A stretch of 44,809 nt of DNA from Synergistaceae bacterium (GTDB taxonomy: Bacteria > Synergistota > Synergistia > Synergistales > Aminobacteriaceae), in assembly GCA_017450825.1 (NCBI GenBank), contig JAFSSV010000044.1, positions 1-44,809 on the forward strand, given 5' to 3'. Below the pieces are notes generated by a model. That model was not told where the DNA came from, did no database searches, and saw nothing but the letters and a program-made list of their open reading frames with translations. Shown here in pieces: positions 44,393 through 44,809 of this stretch; position 1 is the stretch's first letter; each line of letters opens with the position of its first letter. The position numbers were made by a program, and so were the translations under genes.

Positions 44393-44809
44393 ATGAAGAA
44401 AGCTTTATTAGCATTACTTGTCGTCCTTGTTGCAGCCTCTTGCGCGTTCGCCGAATGGAAACCCACAACCACCGTATCAATTATCGTTCCGGCCGGTGCA
44501 GGCGGAAACACAGACCTCAGCGCCCGTGTCTTTGCACAGTATGCAAAGGAACTTTCCGGCGTTGACTTTATCGTCGTCAATGCAAACGGAGCAGCAGGAT
44601 CAATCGCCGCTGACCAAGTACGCAGCGCAGCCCCCGATGGTCATACGTTCCTTTATGGTCACAACCTCGTGAACGTTGCCAACGTTGCCGGCATTACTGA
44701 TTATAATTACACGGCTTTCACCCTTGGCCCTACGTTTGCAAAAGACCCGGCCCAGCAGCTCTACGTCAACCCCAAGAAATATAAAAACCTTGAAGAATTT
44801 ATCAAGGCC
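44393..44809 (+). CDS. tctC: Tripartite tricarboxylate transporter substrate-binding protein (Bug/TctC family); 3' end lies outside the window
   Basis: An open frame runs from the ATG at 44393 to the window edge (139 codons), so it is not in the track. It has the signal peptide MKKALLALLVVLVAASCAFA followed by the Bug-family start KPTTTVSIIVPAGAGGNTDLSARVFAQY...NGAAGSIAA. AAGGAG lies upstream. Confidence 0.85.
   Translation, partial: MKKALLALLVVLVAASCAFAEWKPTTTVSIIVPAGAGGNTDLSARVFAQYAKELSGVDFIVVNANGAAGSIAADQVRSAAPDGHTFLYGHNLVNVANVAGITDYNYTAFTLGPTFAKDPAQQLYVNPKKYKNLEEFIKA

Noticed and set aside
44311-44672. Track ORFs 44311..44580 (-) and 44418..44672 (+) at the right end.
   Set aside because: Both are out of frame with or antisense to the open frame starting at 44393. 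That frame has a signal peptide and the Bug/TctC N-terminal signature.

Overview
This is a 44.8 kb chromosomal window from an AT-leaning, flagellated bacterium. All calls come from reading the sequence and recognising protein motifs by eye; no database search was run, and the taxon cannot be fixed from here. The window is densely coding, with about 40 genes in alternating strand blocks.

Gene content, left to right:
- A truncated secreted protein, then ilvD and a frameshifted ilvC.
- pbpC (penicillin-binding protein 1C) and a Na/Pi cotransporter.
- An RND efflux pair (adaptor plus pump).
- A block of speD, an esterase, metF and a stand-alone MetH-activation-domain protein.
- gmd, an ankyrin-repeat protein, tlyA, dxs and a GAF-like orphan.
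- A flagellar motor/switch operon (flbD-motA-motB-X-fliL-fliM-fliY), where X is a HicB/HicA-like fusion ORF.
- An orphan, apparently circularly permuted solute-binding protein.
- An amidohydrolase, an SSF symporter, carB, a PpiD/SurA-N-like chaperone with a tandem-repeat tail, polA, mnmE, a CCA-enzyme-like protein with a degenerate active site, and a cytidylate-kinase-like protein.
- A TTT transporter operon (tctB-tctA-TIGR04076-DUF3089-tctC).

The most striking structure not explained by genes is a family of GC-rich, hairpin-dense, modular (BIME/MITE-like) repeats. They fill four intergenic gaps: about 3401-3665, 5860-6100, 12095-12276 and 15145-15375. Two copies form a roughly 96 percent identical inverted pair that tightly brackets pbpC. 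Two others are direct repeats bracketing the speD-esterase-metF block. The repeat units combine near-ideal Shine-Dalgarno strings (GGAGGTG) with complementary CCTCCCC arms. No rRNA, tRNA, CRISPR array, transposase or recognisable defence system was seen.
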